DNA of 32,000 bases from Ardenticatenaceae bacterium. Lineage in GTDB: Bacteria; Chloroflexota; Anaerolineae; Promineifilales; Promineifilaceae. A program made the translations under genes and the position numbers. Of this stretch, positions 16,847-26,300 are shown piece after piece. The stretch spans positions 346,100 to 378,099 of the forward strand of contig JACKCC010000009.1 in NCBI GenBank assembly GCA_020634245.1, read 5' to 3'. Numbering within the stretch: position 1 is the first letter of the stretch; each line of letters begins with the position of its first letter. The notes under the pieces were generated by a model, which did not search any database, was not told where the DNA came from, and was given only the letters and a program-made list of their open reading frames with translations.

Positions 16847-17404
16847 ATGGTGAACGATCACGAACAGAGCCGATTGCAGCGAGCGCGATCATTCGATAGG
16901 CAAGCATTGGCTGCGATCTTCGATGAATATCAGCAGCCAATTTATCGCTACATATATCGGCAAGTCGGTGACGTGGAAGTAGCCCGTGATTTAACATCCG
17001 ATGTGTTTCAACGCTTTCTCCAGGCCCTGCAAAAAAATCAAGGACCGGATGATCAGTTGAAAGCATGGCTTTACCGGGTTGCCCACAACAACGTGATTGA
17101 TTATTACCGGCGGCGGCAGCATCGACAGCATTTGCCATTGGATGAACGTGTGGTGGAAAAAAGCGACGGGCCGGCAGCTTTAGCCGAACGCAACATTTCA
17201 GCCGAGCTGGTGCGAGAAGCATTAGTCCAACTCACACCCGACCAACGGGAAGTCATCACCCTGAAGTTTTTAGAAGGTTTTTCAAATGTAGAGGTAGCCG
17301 AGTTGTTGAACAAACCAATCGGGGCCGTAAAATCACTCCAGCACCGGGCATTAGCTGCTTTACAGCGCCAATTGGTTATGGTTCAGGATCAAGAATCCGT
17401 ATGA
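16847..17404 (+). CDS. ECF RNA polymerase sigma factor (second copy)
   Basis: Region 2 (IYRYIYRQVGDVEVARDLTSDVFQRF) and region 4 (LKFLEGFSNVEVAELLNKPIGAVKSLQHRAL). Its stop overlaps the next start (ATGA at 17401-17404). Confidence 0.85.
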   Translation: MVNDHEQSRLQRARSFDRQALAAIFDEYQQPIYRYIYRQVGDVEVARDLTSDVFQRFLQALQKNQGPDDQLKAWLYRVAHNNVIDYYRRRQHRQHLPLDERVVEKSDGPAALAERNISAELVREALVQLTPDQREVITLKFLEGFSNVEVAELLNKPIGAVKSLQHRALAALQRQLVMVQDQESV

Positions 17405-18771
17405 ACATGCATTTTACAGACATCTTAGACATCGCTTTACAGCGGCAAGCCAATGACGAACCAATTAACGCCATTTTGGCCGATTACCCACAGCAAGCCG
17501 CTGCGCTGGCCCCGCTGCTGAACGCTGCCCAGGCGCTCAACGTGGTCCAGCCAGTCGTCATGCCTGAAGCCGAAGCGCTGCAAGCCGACCGCTTGCAATT
17601 CTTGGCCCAGGTTGAACAGACGCTCCCCGCACCCGTACCTAATGGATTCCTGGCTCGTTTTAATCAGTGGACAACTCACCAGTTTCCCTGGATTTTGTCA
17701 ACGAATCGAAGAAGGGAGCCAAAACGTATGAACGCATTAATTTTGAAAGCAGCTTTAGTATTAACTTTATTATTTGGAGCAGCAGGGGGAACGGCCGTAC
17801 TGGCCCAGGAAAGCCTGCCCGATTCACCTGTTTACCCGATCAAACTGGTCTTAGAAGACGCCCGTCTGGCCCTGAACAAGGATGGCACTGAAGAAACAAC
17901 CCTGCATTTCAGCTTTGCCGAAGAACGGGCTCAGGAAATGGTGGCGATGGCTGCGGCTGGTGATGTTCCGGATACGGCCGTGCAAGCCCGCCTGGAAACC
18001 CACATCAACGAAGCCCTCAACCTGGCCGCCCAGCAGCCCGACGAAACCATGTTCAAATTACTCACGCAAGCCCAAAACATGGTTAAGACCCAATTACAAA
18101 ACATAGCCAACGTAGAAGCCGGCGCCAATGAAGCCGCTCAGAAAATGTTGGGCGAAGCCGCCGGTTTTCTCAACCGTGCTGGTCAGGAAATCGAAAGCGG
18201 ACTGCAAACACCCCAAATCTTCCGCGCCCGCTACGGCAACATCCCCGAAGGCATTGTGCCCCAGGATGCCGGCCCTTGCAACACAGGCGACTGTGAACCG
18301 GCCGGCGATGCCAACAAATTCGGCCAAGACCCCGATAATGAAGGACAAAACGGCCCTGGCACTTGCGACGGCGAAGATTGTGAGCCGGTCGGTGATCAGA
18401 ACCAATTTGGCCAGAATGAGGACAACGAAGGGCAAAACGGCCCCGGAGATGGCACTTGCGAAGGCGAAGATTGCAATCAATACCGCTACCAATATGGCCT
18501 GGACGACCTGCCATTAGAACCGCCACATTATCAATACCAAAACCTCACCGGTAATGGCGATGGCGAATGCAACAACGGCGATTGTGTGCCCGGTGGCAAC
18601 GACGTGAATCACGGCGACGGCAATAATGGTGATGGTAACAATGGTGATGGCAACAACGGCGACGGTAACAACGGCGACGGCAATGGTGACGGTAATAACG
18701 GCGACGGTAACAATGGTGATGGTAATAACGGCGGCAGTGGCGGCAACGGCGGTGGTAATGGCGGTGGTTAG
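17401..18771 (+). CDS. Membrane anti-sigma-like protein (DUF5667-like ectodomain) with a Cys-x4-Cys acidic module and GDGNN repeat tail
   Basis: Translationally coupled to the ECF sigma. One TM (ALILKAALVLTLLFGAAGGTAVLA). LPDSPVYPIKLVLEDARLAL resembles DUF5667. The C-terminus has C-NTGD-C, C-DGED-C, C-EGED-C and C-NNGD-C, then (GDGNN)n. Confidence 0.6.
   Translation: MNMHFTDILDIALQRQANDEPINAILADYPQQAAALAPLLNAAQALNVVQPVVMPEAEALQADRLQFLAQVEQTLPAPVPNGFLARFNQWTTHQFPWILSTNRRREPKRMNALILKAALVLTLLFGAAGGTAVLAQESLPDSPVYPIKLVLEDARLALNKDGTEETTLHFSFAEERAQEMVAMAAAGDVPDTAVQARLETHINEALNLAAQQPDETMFKLLTQAQNMVKTQLQNIANVEAGANEAAQKMLGEAAGFLNRAGQEIESGLQTPQIFRARYGNIPEGIVPQDAGPCNTGDCEPAGDANKFGQDPDNEGQNGPGTCDGEDCEPVGDQNQFGQNEDNEGQNGPGDGTCEGEDCNQYRYQYGLDDLPLEPPHYQYQNLTGNGDGECNNGDCVPGGNDVNHGDGNNGDGNNGDGNNGDGNNGDGNGDGNNGDGNNGDGNNGGSGGNGGGNGGG
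18613..18729 (+). repeat. 15-bp tandem repeat array encoding (G-D-G-N-N)n
   Basis: GGYGAYGGYAAYAAY is repeated 4 times, then one 12-nt unit, then 3 more. It lies inside the 17401..18771 CDS. Confidence 0.9.
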
Positions 18772-18821
18772 CCCCAAATTTCATTAGCCTCCCTAATCCG
18801 AAGCCCACCGGTCTCGGTTAA

Positions 18822-18860
18822 AGAGGAGTTCGCCAAACTCGCGAACTCCTCTTTTCATTT
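18822..18860 (+). terminator. Rho-independent terminator
   Basis: 12-bp perfect stem AGAGGAGTTCGC (18822-18833) / GCGAACTCCTCT (18841-18852), 7-nt loop, then TTTCATTT. Confidence 0.75.
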
Positions 18861-18888
18861 CCCTATTCTACACAATGCCGCAGGCCGA

Positions 18889-18969
18889 ACCTGTCGAAGC
18901 CCGCACTGCCTTCGACAAGCTCAGGCAGCATCAAAAAAAACTCGGGCAACATCGACAAGCTCAGGCAGC
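18889..18969. repeat. REP-like element copies (CCTTCGACAAGCTCAGGCAGC and TCGACAAGCTCAGGCAGC)
   Basis: 18909-18929 and 18952-18969 are direct copies. A partial inverted arm CCTGTCGAAG lies at 18889-18898. Confidence 0.7.
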
Positions 18970-18986
18970 GCCGTTACAATTTGGGT

Positions 18987-19400
18987 ATGATGACAATCTC
19001 TTCCAAAACATGGCGTTGCCTATTGATCATTGGCGATTTACTCGCTCTGATTCTATTTGTCCTGGTTGGGCAGGCTGATCACGGTACTGTCAATCAAGGC
19101 AATCCATTTGGAGGCATACTGCAAGCGTCATGGGAATTCGCTTTGCTCTGGCTGCTGGCTGGTTGGCTGTTAGACGCCTTCCCGCGATTTGAAGATTGGG
19201 CGGCCCGGATTTTGTTAATCCGGGCATTGGTAACGTGGTTAGTCGCTGCCCCGTTGAGTTTACTGCTGCGGTCATTAGTGCTGGCCCGATTGAATATCCC
19301 TACCCTGTTTTTGGCGGCAACACTGGGGTTTGGTATCCTTTTTCTGTGGGCCTGGCGGCTGCTGCTTATCTTGCTCTGGAGGAGAATCGCAAAACGATAA
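18987..19400 (+). CDS. DUF3054-like small polytopic membrane protein
   Basis: 137 aa with 4 predicted TM segments. The N-terminal IIGDLLALILFVLVGQADHG motif resembles DUF3054 as I recall it. Confidence 0.5.
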   Translation: MMTISSKTWRCLLIIGDLLALILFVLVGQADHGTVNQGNPFGGILQASWEFALLWLLAGWLLDAFPRFEDWAARILLIRALVTWLVAAPLSLLLRSLVLARLNIPTLFLAATLGFGILFLWAWRLLLILLWRRIAKR

Positions 19401-19427
19401 TTTACGTGATGATACAGCACGCCGCCC

Positions 19428-19462
19428 GAGCTTGTCGAAGGCAATTGGGCTTCGGCAGGCTC
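19428..19462. repeat. REP-like palindromic element
   Basis: GAGCTTGTCGAAGGC (19428-19442) and the degenerate partner GCTTCGGCAGGCTC (19449-19462). Preceded by CGCCGCC, as in the 14861 copy. Confidence 0.7.
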
Positions 19463-19610
19463 AGCCACCGATCGTTCTAAAAAGAGCGCTTAAAGATGAT
19501 TCAACTATCTTCTAGCGCTTTTTTGCTGCCTAAACCCGACAAAAGTCGGCGACTCATCATCAACAAACCAGTAAGATGTTTCTTGCAATTAAAAACAAAA
19601 GGAGCATTTT

Positions 19611-19922
19611 ATGGAAAAAACTACGCTGTATCCCCACTGGGAAGAAATAATTGTGTATTCAGATGCTGGCCCGCAGCCGCAAATTCTACTGGCTAATGAA
19701 AAAATCAAGTTTATTTTGGCGGGACTGGAGCCGGGTCAACAGATTCCAGAGCATGCTGAAGCGCAGGCTGTTTATCATTTTCTGGCGGGCCGCGGCTGGA
19801 TGACAGTTGATAGTGAACGATTGGCTGTTAGCCCAGGCGTAACGATTGTTATGCCGGAAGGGGCTGTCAGGGGCATGCAGGCAGAAACACGACTGGCTTT
19901 TCTGGCTACTCGTATTTCATAA
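19611..19922 (+). CDS. Cupin-domain protein
   Basis: 103 aa. Small beta-barrel pattern (IPEHAEAQAVYHFLAGRGWMTVD...VTIVMPEG). AAGGAG lies upstream. Confidence 0.55.
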   Translation: MEKTTLYPHWEEIIVYSDAGPQPQILLANEKIKFILAGLEPGQQIPEHAEAQAVYHFLAGRGWMTVDSERLAVSPGVTIVMPEGAVRGMQAETRLAFLATRIS

Positions 19923-19945
19923 TCGGGTAAAGGCTGGTAAATAAC

Positions 19946-20230
19946 ATGAAGTTTTGGTCTAAGTGGTTACGCAAGATTCATCGTTGGCTGGCTGTGCCAA
20001 CTTTTATTTTAATTCCAACGGCCGTTATCCTCAAATTAACCGGTAATGGCGCAGTAATGACCGCTGTACCCCAATGGGAAATGGTGCAGTCATTATTAAT
20101 GCTCTTTTTAGCCATCACGGGTTCATATCTGTATCTACTGCCTTATTTAACCAAATGGCAGCGGCAGCAGAAACGCAAAAATAGTATTTCACCCAAACAA
20201 GAACCAATTTCAACGGGGGATGTAAAATGA
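19946..20230 (+). CDS. Small two-TM membrane protein, unknown function
   Basis: 94 aa. WLRKIHRWLAVP followed by hydrophobic helices. Its stop overlaps the next start (ATGA at 20227-20230). Confidence 0.45.
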   Translation: MKFWSKWLRKIHRWLAVPTFILIPTAVILKLTGNGAVMTAVPQWEMVQSLLMLFLAITGSYLYLLPYLTKWQRQQKRKNSISPKQEPISTGDVK

Positions 20231-21438
20231 ATCCTTATCTTTTGATGGTTGTTTTGTATCTTTCTGTTGCCGTACTGGGCGCGCTGGAGTCTTCGTTTTC
20301 CAGTTTGCAAATCCTGCCCTGGTTTAACGGGATGAAATGGCTGCGCATTCACTTAATTACGCTGGGAGCGCTGACGGAAACAATTTTCTGGTTGATGCCG
20401 CTTTTGGTGGCCCAGCGGGCTAAACTGCCGCATCCCAAATTGCGTTGGGATATCTGGCTCTCGCTAAATGGGGGCATTTTGCTGCTGCTGGTTGGTATTC
20501 CGCTGGTCGATTTTGTGCCTATTTTTGCCGGCGGCACGCTAGTTTTCGTGGCGGCGGTTTTGTTAATAGGCCAGTTGTGGGGAATGAAAGCGGTTGGAAA
20601 GGATACGGCCGTTTCCTCCCCAACTCGTAAGTTTTACATAGCCGGACTCAGTTATTTTCTGCTGGGCATCATTGTAGGCACCGGGTTGTGGTTTGGGTGG
20701 GCCGAGCCGCTGCACATTGCCACGCCGCTGGAAGTACATATTCATGCCAACAATTGGGGTTTGTTATCGTTGGTTTTCGCCGGGCTGCTGATTGATTTGT
20801 ACCCAATTTGGGCAAAACGGCCGTTAGCCAACCCTCAATCTATCAACACCATTTTCTGGATGATGACCGCCGGGGCGTTTGGCCTCATCTTCGGACCCTG
20901 GTTTGCGGCCACCTGGCTGCTCGTCCCCGGTTTGCTGTTGCATTTGGGCGCAACCGGCTGGCTGCTTTACAACATCATCAAACCCCTGCGCGGCGACCGC
21001 GCCGCCTGGACGCCGGGTATGCTGCATCTGGTTACATCCTACTTTTGGATTCTCGCGCCTGTTCTGGTTGCCCCGTTAGTTCTGCTGCAAGTGCCCGGCA
21101 TCCCCGGCCACAGCATTGAGGCCAATGCCCCCCAGGCTTTAATTTACGGCTGGGTGCTGCAATTCGGCTATGCTCTTATCCCCTATTTTGTCCGGCGCGT
21201 TTTTCTGCCCCAGGAAGCACCTAAACTGGGCGGCAGCCGCTTCAGTCTGGTTACCGTTCATCTTGGTGGGATATCGTTGTGGGCCAGCATTTTTGCCGAA
21301 GGCTCCCTTCGAGGCATTTTACATGGATCGGCCTATTTGCTGTGGGCGCTTTCCTTGCTGCCCATTGTGTACGAATTATGGCAAATTGTTCGTTCCGGAA
21401 TGGAACGGGCTGAAGTTGAATTGGCCACGGCCGATTGA
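20227..21438 (+). CDS. His-rich polytopic (~12 TM) membrane protein, unknown family
   Basis: 403 aa, almost entirely hydrophobic helices. Intramembrane histidines occur in RIHLITLG, EVHIHANNWG, LLLHLGATGW, MLHLVTSY and VTVHLGG. Translationally coupled to the preceding gene. Confidence 0.6.
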   Translation: MNPYLLMVVLYLSVAVLGALESSFSSLQILPWFNGMKWLRIHLITLGALTETIFWLMPLLVAQRAKLPHPKLRWDIWLSLNGGILLLLVGIPLVDFVPIFAGGTLVFVAAVLLIGQLWGMKAVGKDTAVSSPTRKFYIAGLSYFLLGIIVGTGLWFGWAEPLHIATPLEVHIHANNWGLLSLVFAGLLIDLYPIWAKRPLANPQSINTIFWMMTAGAFGLIFGPWFAATWLLVPGLLLHLGATGWLLYNIIKPLRGDRAAWTPGMLHLVTSYFWILAPVLVAPLVLLQVPGIPGHSIEANAPQALIYGWVLQFGYALIPYFVRRVFLPQEAPKLGGSRFSLVTVHLGGISLWASIFAEGSLRGILHGSAYLLWALSLLPIVYELWQIVRSGMERAEVELATAD

Positions 21439-21470
21439 TGCTGGAATAAGGTTCATCAATCTTCTTTAAC

Positions 21471-21515
21471 TGTTCAGGTCGCTGCCTTCGACAGGCTCAG
21501 GCAGCGACCTGAACA
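21471..21515. terminator. Bidirectional hairpin between convergent genes, with a REP-family core in the loop
   Basis: 16-bp perfect stem TGTTCAGGTCGCTGCC (21471-21486) / GGCAGCGACCTGAACA (21500-21515). The loop TTCGACAGGCTCA resembles the REP core. Followed by TTCTTTTTTA. Confidence 0.65.
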
Positions 21516-21527
21516 ATTACTTCTTTT

Positions 21528-22340
21528 TTATTCCATTAAACCGGCAGCCAACAATGTGTCGTGTACGGCCGTAAACGTATCCGCATCAACCTGTGAAACC
21601 TGGCCCTCGTCAACCAATCGCCGCAAGAAAATCGTCTGCCGGCTTTCCTCACCGCCGCGCGTTTGCCCTTCATCAGCCACCAACAGCACGTCCATCAAAG
21701 CGTGAACCGTTAGAAAAGTGTCACCGTCAACCTGCGTGATGAGGCCTTGCGATACCCCTTCGGCCACCATCTCGGCATGTTTGACCGCTTCTTCCACCGG
21801 ATCATAAGCGGCATGGTCACCCTGTTGATCGGATTCAACCTGACCGCTGCCCAGCGCTCGCATATAGTTAATCAAATCCCAACGAGTCTGCTCATCCAAA
21901 ATATTTTTCCAGGATGGCATGACCGAATTAAATGGCGCAAACAAGCCGCCTTCGCTGATGCGATAAAACAAGTACGCGTCACTCATCATCTGGCTGGTAT
22001 GGGCAATAGCAGCCGGTGCCGGGTTTAGGGCAGCGCCCGCCGGCCCATCTCCCTGGCCTGTTTCGCCATGACAAACCAGACAGCGTTCACCATAGATAGC
22101 TGCCCCGCGAGCCAAAGATTCGTCATCGCTGGTGACCGGGTTAACCAGGCTGGCATATTCATCGGGGATAGGTGCATGATGGCGATCCCGCATTGCACTG
22201 TTGGCCCCCATCCCCCCGCCCTGATGCTCTGTTGTGGGAACGGCCGTTGCCAAATCAGACTCCACCAAGGCTTCTGTGGCCGGTTTGCAAGCCACCAATA
22301 AAATCAAAACAAACAAAAAAACAGATAATTTAAATTTCAC
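21528..22340 (-). CDS. Lipoprotein c-type cytochrome
   Basis: Signal peptide with lipobox L-L-V-A-C. One heme motif C-L-V-C-H. A distal Met candidate in NSVMPSW. The C-terminal helical segment is duplicated (QVDGDTFLTVHALM / QVDADTFTAVHDTL). Confidence 0.75.
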   Translation of the reverse strand: MKFKLSVFLFVLILLVACKPATEALVESDLATAVPTTEHQGGGMGANSAMRDRHHAPIPDEYASLVNPVTSDDESLARGAAIYGERCLVCHGETGQGDGPAGAALNPAPAAIAHTSQMMSDAYLFYRISEGGLFAPFNSVMPSWKNILDEQTRWDLINYMRALGSGQVESDQQGDHAAYDPVEEAVKHAEMVAEGVSQGLITQVDGDTFLTVHALMDVLLVADEGQTRGGEESRQTIFLRRLVDEGQVSQVDADTFTAVHDTLLAAGLME

Positions 22341-22572
22341 TATTTCCTGCTCCTATTCGCAAACAGTTTGCGCTCAAGCCCCAAAATTAGTATGGACAAG
22401 GCAATCAAGCTAACTCTTCGTCAACATTATTGCGACAACAATGCGATCATATGACGGCCGTATAAGAATTCCAAATTCTGCGAAGCATTGCCACAAAGTC
22501 AAACGTCTTCATTCATTTCGATTATAAAACCCCATCCATTCGACAAATATTAAGAGCCTATCCTAAAATTAA

Positions 22573-22647
22573 CCGCGGAGAACGTAGAGCGCGCGAAGAT
22601 AAAGCAATTATTTCTCCGAGTTCTCCGCGACCTCTGCGGTTTTTCGG
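22573..22647 (+). other. Orphan hairpin element in the AT-rich spacer
   Basis: 10-bp inverted repeat CGCGGAGAAC (22574-22583) / GTTCTCCGCG (22620-22629). Alternative pairing AACCGC (22571-22576) / GCGGTT (22636-22641), followed by TTTTT. TTCTCCG is duplicated at 22612 and 22621. A partial third copy TGCGGAGAAC lies at 22736-22745. Confidence 0.4.
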
Positions 22648-23343
22648 ATAGATTCTAAGATTAGTATTTGACATCGTACATCCTTACTTTGTTTTGTAAA
22701 CACAGGTGCGAATTATCGAATTACTGAAGCAGTTTTGCGGAGAACCCAGACATAACAACTTATTATATCCTTCCACAAAACTGTATTAACTCATGCCTGG
22801 GCGTAATTAAAAGACCAAAATTCATATATCCTTTATTGAGTGACTCTTCTACCAACCGTCTCGCTTGTAAGAAAAACGTAAGTATTTCTTTAAGCTGGCA
22901 CTTATAGAATTCCTCAATCCCGGTGGGTGTTTACGCATGCATACATTGTGCTTTATCGCACAATCTTGACGGTGAAATTTAAGAACAGTAATCTTTTACC
23001 ATTGATACATGCAGTTTGACCCACTTACCATAAATCATTCTAAATATCCATTTTGCCTAAACCTGGTGTTTGGGCAAATCAACAGCATTCAAAAGTAATA
23101 TAACTTACTTCCAAATATGCTGACTATTTATTTGTTGGGTAATAGCCGATTGTAATCAATTAATAATACTTTTGTTCCGGGGCATTATTCAAAGGGTTTA
23201 GTCCTATTTAGATGAAGACACTTCTTCCCCCAAACAAAAGGATTTAGAGGAGGTGGTTATAAAAAGAGCCAATTGTTAATGTTAGTCTTTCCATTACTTA
23301 CTGAAAATCTTATTTAAGCAAAAGGAAAATAGTGAGGAAAACT

Positions 23344-26300
23344 ATGAAGAAGATCAGTTTATTGTTAGTGCTGTTGATAGTTCTAATAGCTGCACTCCCA
23401 GCAGCAGGCCAGGAAGGACCTGACCTTCAGACACCGGCAGATGTAGTTAACAGCATCAACGCAAACAAAACAAAGTCAGTGTATCTTGTCCTGATGCGCG
23501 ACGATCCGGTTATTGCCTATGATGGCAATATTGGCACTTTGCAAGCCACTCAACCGGCGGAAGGGGAAAAAATCGATCCTGACAGCTATCACGTTTTAAG
23601 ATACGCGACCTACATTAAAGCCGGGCACAATCAGGCTTTGGCTGCGGCCGGTGTAAACCTGGATGCCAAGCTTTATGATTACGTTTACTCTGTTAACGGC
23701 TTCGTAGCTCAATTAACCGAGGCTGAGGTTGCTGCACTGGAAGGCCAGGCAGGTGTTATGGCTGTTTACCAAGACGAACTTCGTTACCCCCAAACAGACA
23801 ACACCCCTGATTTCCTCGGCATTGCCGATCGTGGTGGTGCCTGGGCTGCTGGTTACACTGGTGAAGATGTTGTGGTTGGTGTCATTGATACCGGCATCTG
23901 GCCAGAACACCCCAGCTTCTCCGACACAGCAATGCTGTGCGTGAATGCCGATGGCGACACACGCGAACCCAACAAATACGGCAATTGCCGCCGTGGATAC
24001 GAGCTAACAGAAGTGGTAGTTTACGGCCCTGCGCCAGCATCCTTTACTGCTACAACTTGTGATTTTGGTAACACAGCTTTCAATCCGCTGGATGCTCCTT
24101 TCACCTGCAACAACAAACTCCTGGCCGCCCAATCCTTTGGTTTAGGTTACCATGGTGGAACCGGCGCGGGAACGCCTCCGGGATCATATCTGTCGGCTCG
24201 TGATGCCGACGGTCATGGTACGCACACAGCCAGCACGGCCGCCGGTAACAAAGATGTTCCGGTTACCCTCCAAGGCAGTGAATTGGATCCCATTAGCGGT
24301 ATGGCTCCTCGCGCCCGCATTTCCGTCTACAAGGCTTGCTGGGACGGGTGTGCTGTTTCTGACCTGGTGGCCGCTATTGACACGGCCGTTGCCGATGGTG
24401 TTGACGTCATCAACTACTCCATTGGTTCCAGCTCCTACCTCGTTGGCCCAGACGATGTTTCCTTCCTCTTTGCTGCTGATGCTGGCGTATTTGTCGCCAC
24501 ATCTGCTGGTAACAATGGCCCTGGCGCCAGCACCGTTGGTTCACCGGCTTCTGTGCCCTGGATTACGGCCGTTGCCGCCACCACCCAGAACCGCAGCTTC
24601 GACAGTATCATCACTTTGGGTAATGGCGCTCAATACATTGGTACAGGCATTGGCGTAACCGGAGAACTGCCGCTAGTTGATGCAGCCGCTGCCGGTGATG
24701 CACTTTGCAACATTGGCGCTCTGAATCCGGCCGTTGTCTCCGGCAACATCGTCCTCTGCTTGCGCGGTGCAATTCCGTTGGTTGACAAAAGCCAGGCCGT
24801 TTTGGAAGCTGGTGGTAAAGGTTTGATCCTCTACAATGCTTCCGCCGCTCAAACACCTTACCTGACGTCACATGCAGTTCCCACCGCTCACACAACCTAT
24901 GACGTTGGTGTCGCTGTAAAAGATTACATCGCCGCCGCCGGCAGCTCAGCAACGGCTTCCCTCTATGGTGGCATTTACGTTGATAGCCCGGCCCCATGGA
25001 TGGCCAGCTTCTCATCACGTGGTCCCAACCTGCAGTCCTCCGACATTATCAAACCGGACATCGCTGCACCTGGGTTTGGTATCCTGGCTGGCTACACACC
25101 GACACCATTCACTGGCGCACCGGATGAAATGTTTGCTGTTATCCAGGGTACTTCCATGTCCAGCCCGCACATCGCTGGTATCTTTGCCTTGATCAAACAA
25201 GCGCATCCAGACTGGAGCGCTGCCATGGCCAAATCGGCGATGCAAACCACAGCCTTCAACACTTCTGCACAAGACAATTTCATTATGAAAGAAGATGGTG
25301 TGACACCGGCAGATCCCTTTGATGTAGGCGCGGGTTTTGTGAATATGGCTGACAAAGCTCTCAAGCCAGGCTCCATTTTTGAACCAGGTCTCGTTTATGA
25401 CGCTGGCCTCTTCGAATATGCTGGCTATACCTGCGGTGCTAACCTGGGTGTATTTACCACCGGCACCTGCAACTTCCTTAATGCCATTGGCGTCCCCAGC
25501 GATCCCAGCGATCTGAACCTGGCTACCATTGGCGTTGGTGAATTGGTCGGCACACAAACTGTGTACCGTACAGTTACCAGTGTCGCCAAGACACAACGCA
25601 CTTTCAAGGTTTACGCTTTTGCACCCGATGGATTTGATGTCACGGTTACTCCGGACAAACTCAAGTTGGCTCCTGGTGAATCAGCGACATACGCTGTTAC
25701 CATCACCAATGACGGCACGGCCGTTGAAGGTGAATGGGCCTTCGGACGGTTAGAATGGCAATCTGGCAGCTACAAAGCAACCAGCATCATGGCTGTTCGT
25801 CCCTATCCGTTCGCCGGACCAGCTGAAGTCTCCGGCACCGGTGCCAGCGGTTCCGCCAGCTTCGACGTCCAGTTCGGGTTCGATGGCAATTACTATGCCA
25901 ACGCCCATGGTCTGGAAGCGGCCAGGTTAACCCCCGGTAATGTCGCCGATGATCCGGGTAACTCTTTCACCCCCTTCGGCCCAGGTACAACCCTGCACAT
26001 GATCAACGTACCTGTGGGATCGGCCTATGCCCGCTTCTCGCTGTTCGATGACTTCACCGACGGTGCTGATGACCTCGATTTGTACGTTTACTACCCAACT
26101 GGTGCATTTGCCGGTGGCAGCGGTTCAGGCACTTCAGCCGAACAGGTTGATGTACTCATGCCGATGGCTGGCGATTACTATGTATTCGTACATGGTTGGG
26201 GCACTGATGGGCCAGACGCGAACTACACGTTATTCGACTGGTCTGTATCATTGACCCCTGGCGGCAGCTTGAGCATTGACTCTGCTCCTACAGCCGGTAC

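Noticed and set aside
18613-18729. Checked whether the regular short repeats, here and at the REP loci, could be a CRISPR array
   Set aside because: The units are 15 bp, contiguous, without spacers and in frame within a CDS. REP copies are isolated hairpins. No 25-40 bp repeat/spacer periodicity is present anywhere in the window.
18094-18808. Minus-strand ORFs with His/Arg/Cys/Tyr-rich or Val/Thr/Ile/Ala-rich repeats (for example 18545..18808 and 18514..18777)
   Set aside because: These are reverse-frame readings of the GDGNN 15-bp tandem array inside the 17401..18771 gene.
20227-21438. Calling the 12-TM protein a heme-copper oxidase / NO reductase subunit or NnrS
   Set aside because: Only an H-x-H pair is reminiscent of those enzymes. 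There is no H-H CuB-type motif, the protein is shorter than subunit I proteins, and it lacks the N-terminal motifs I remember for NnrS. It is kept as unknown family.
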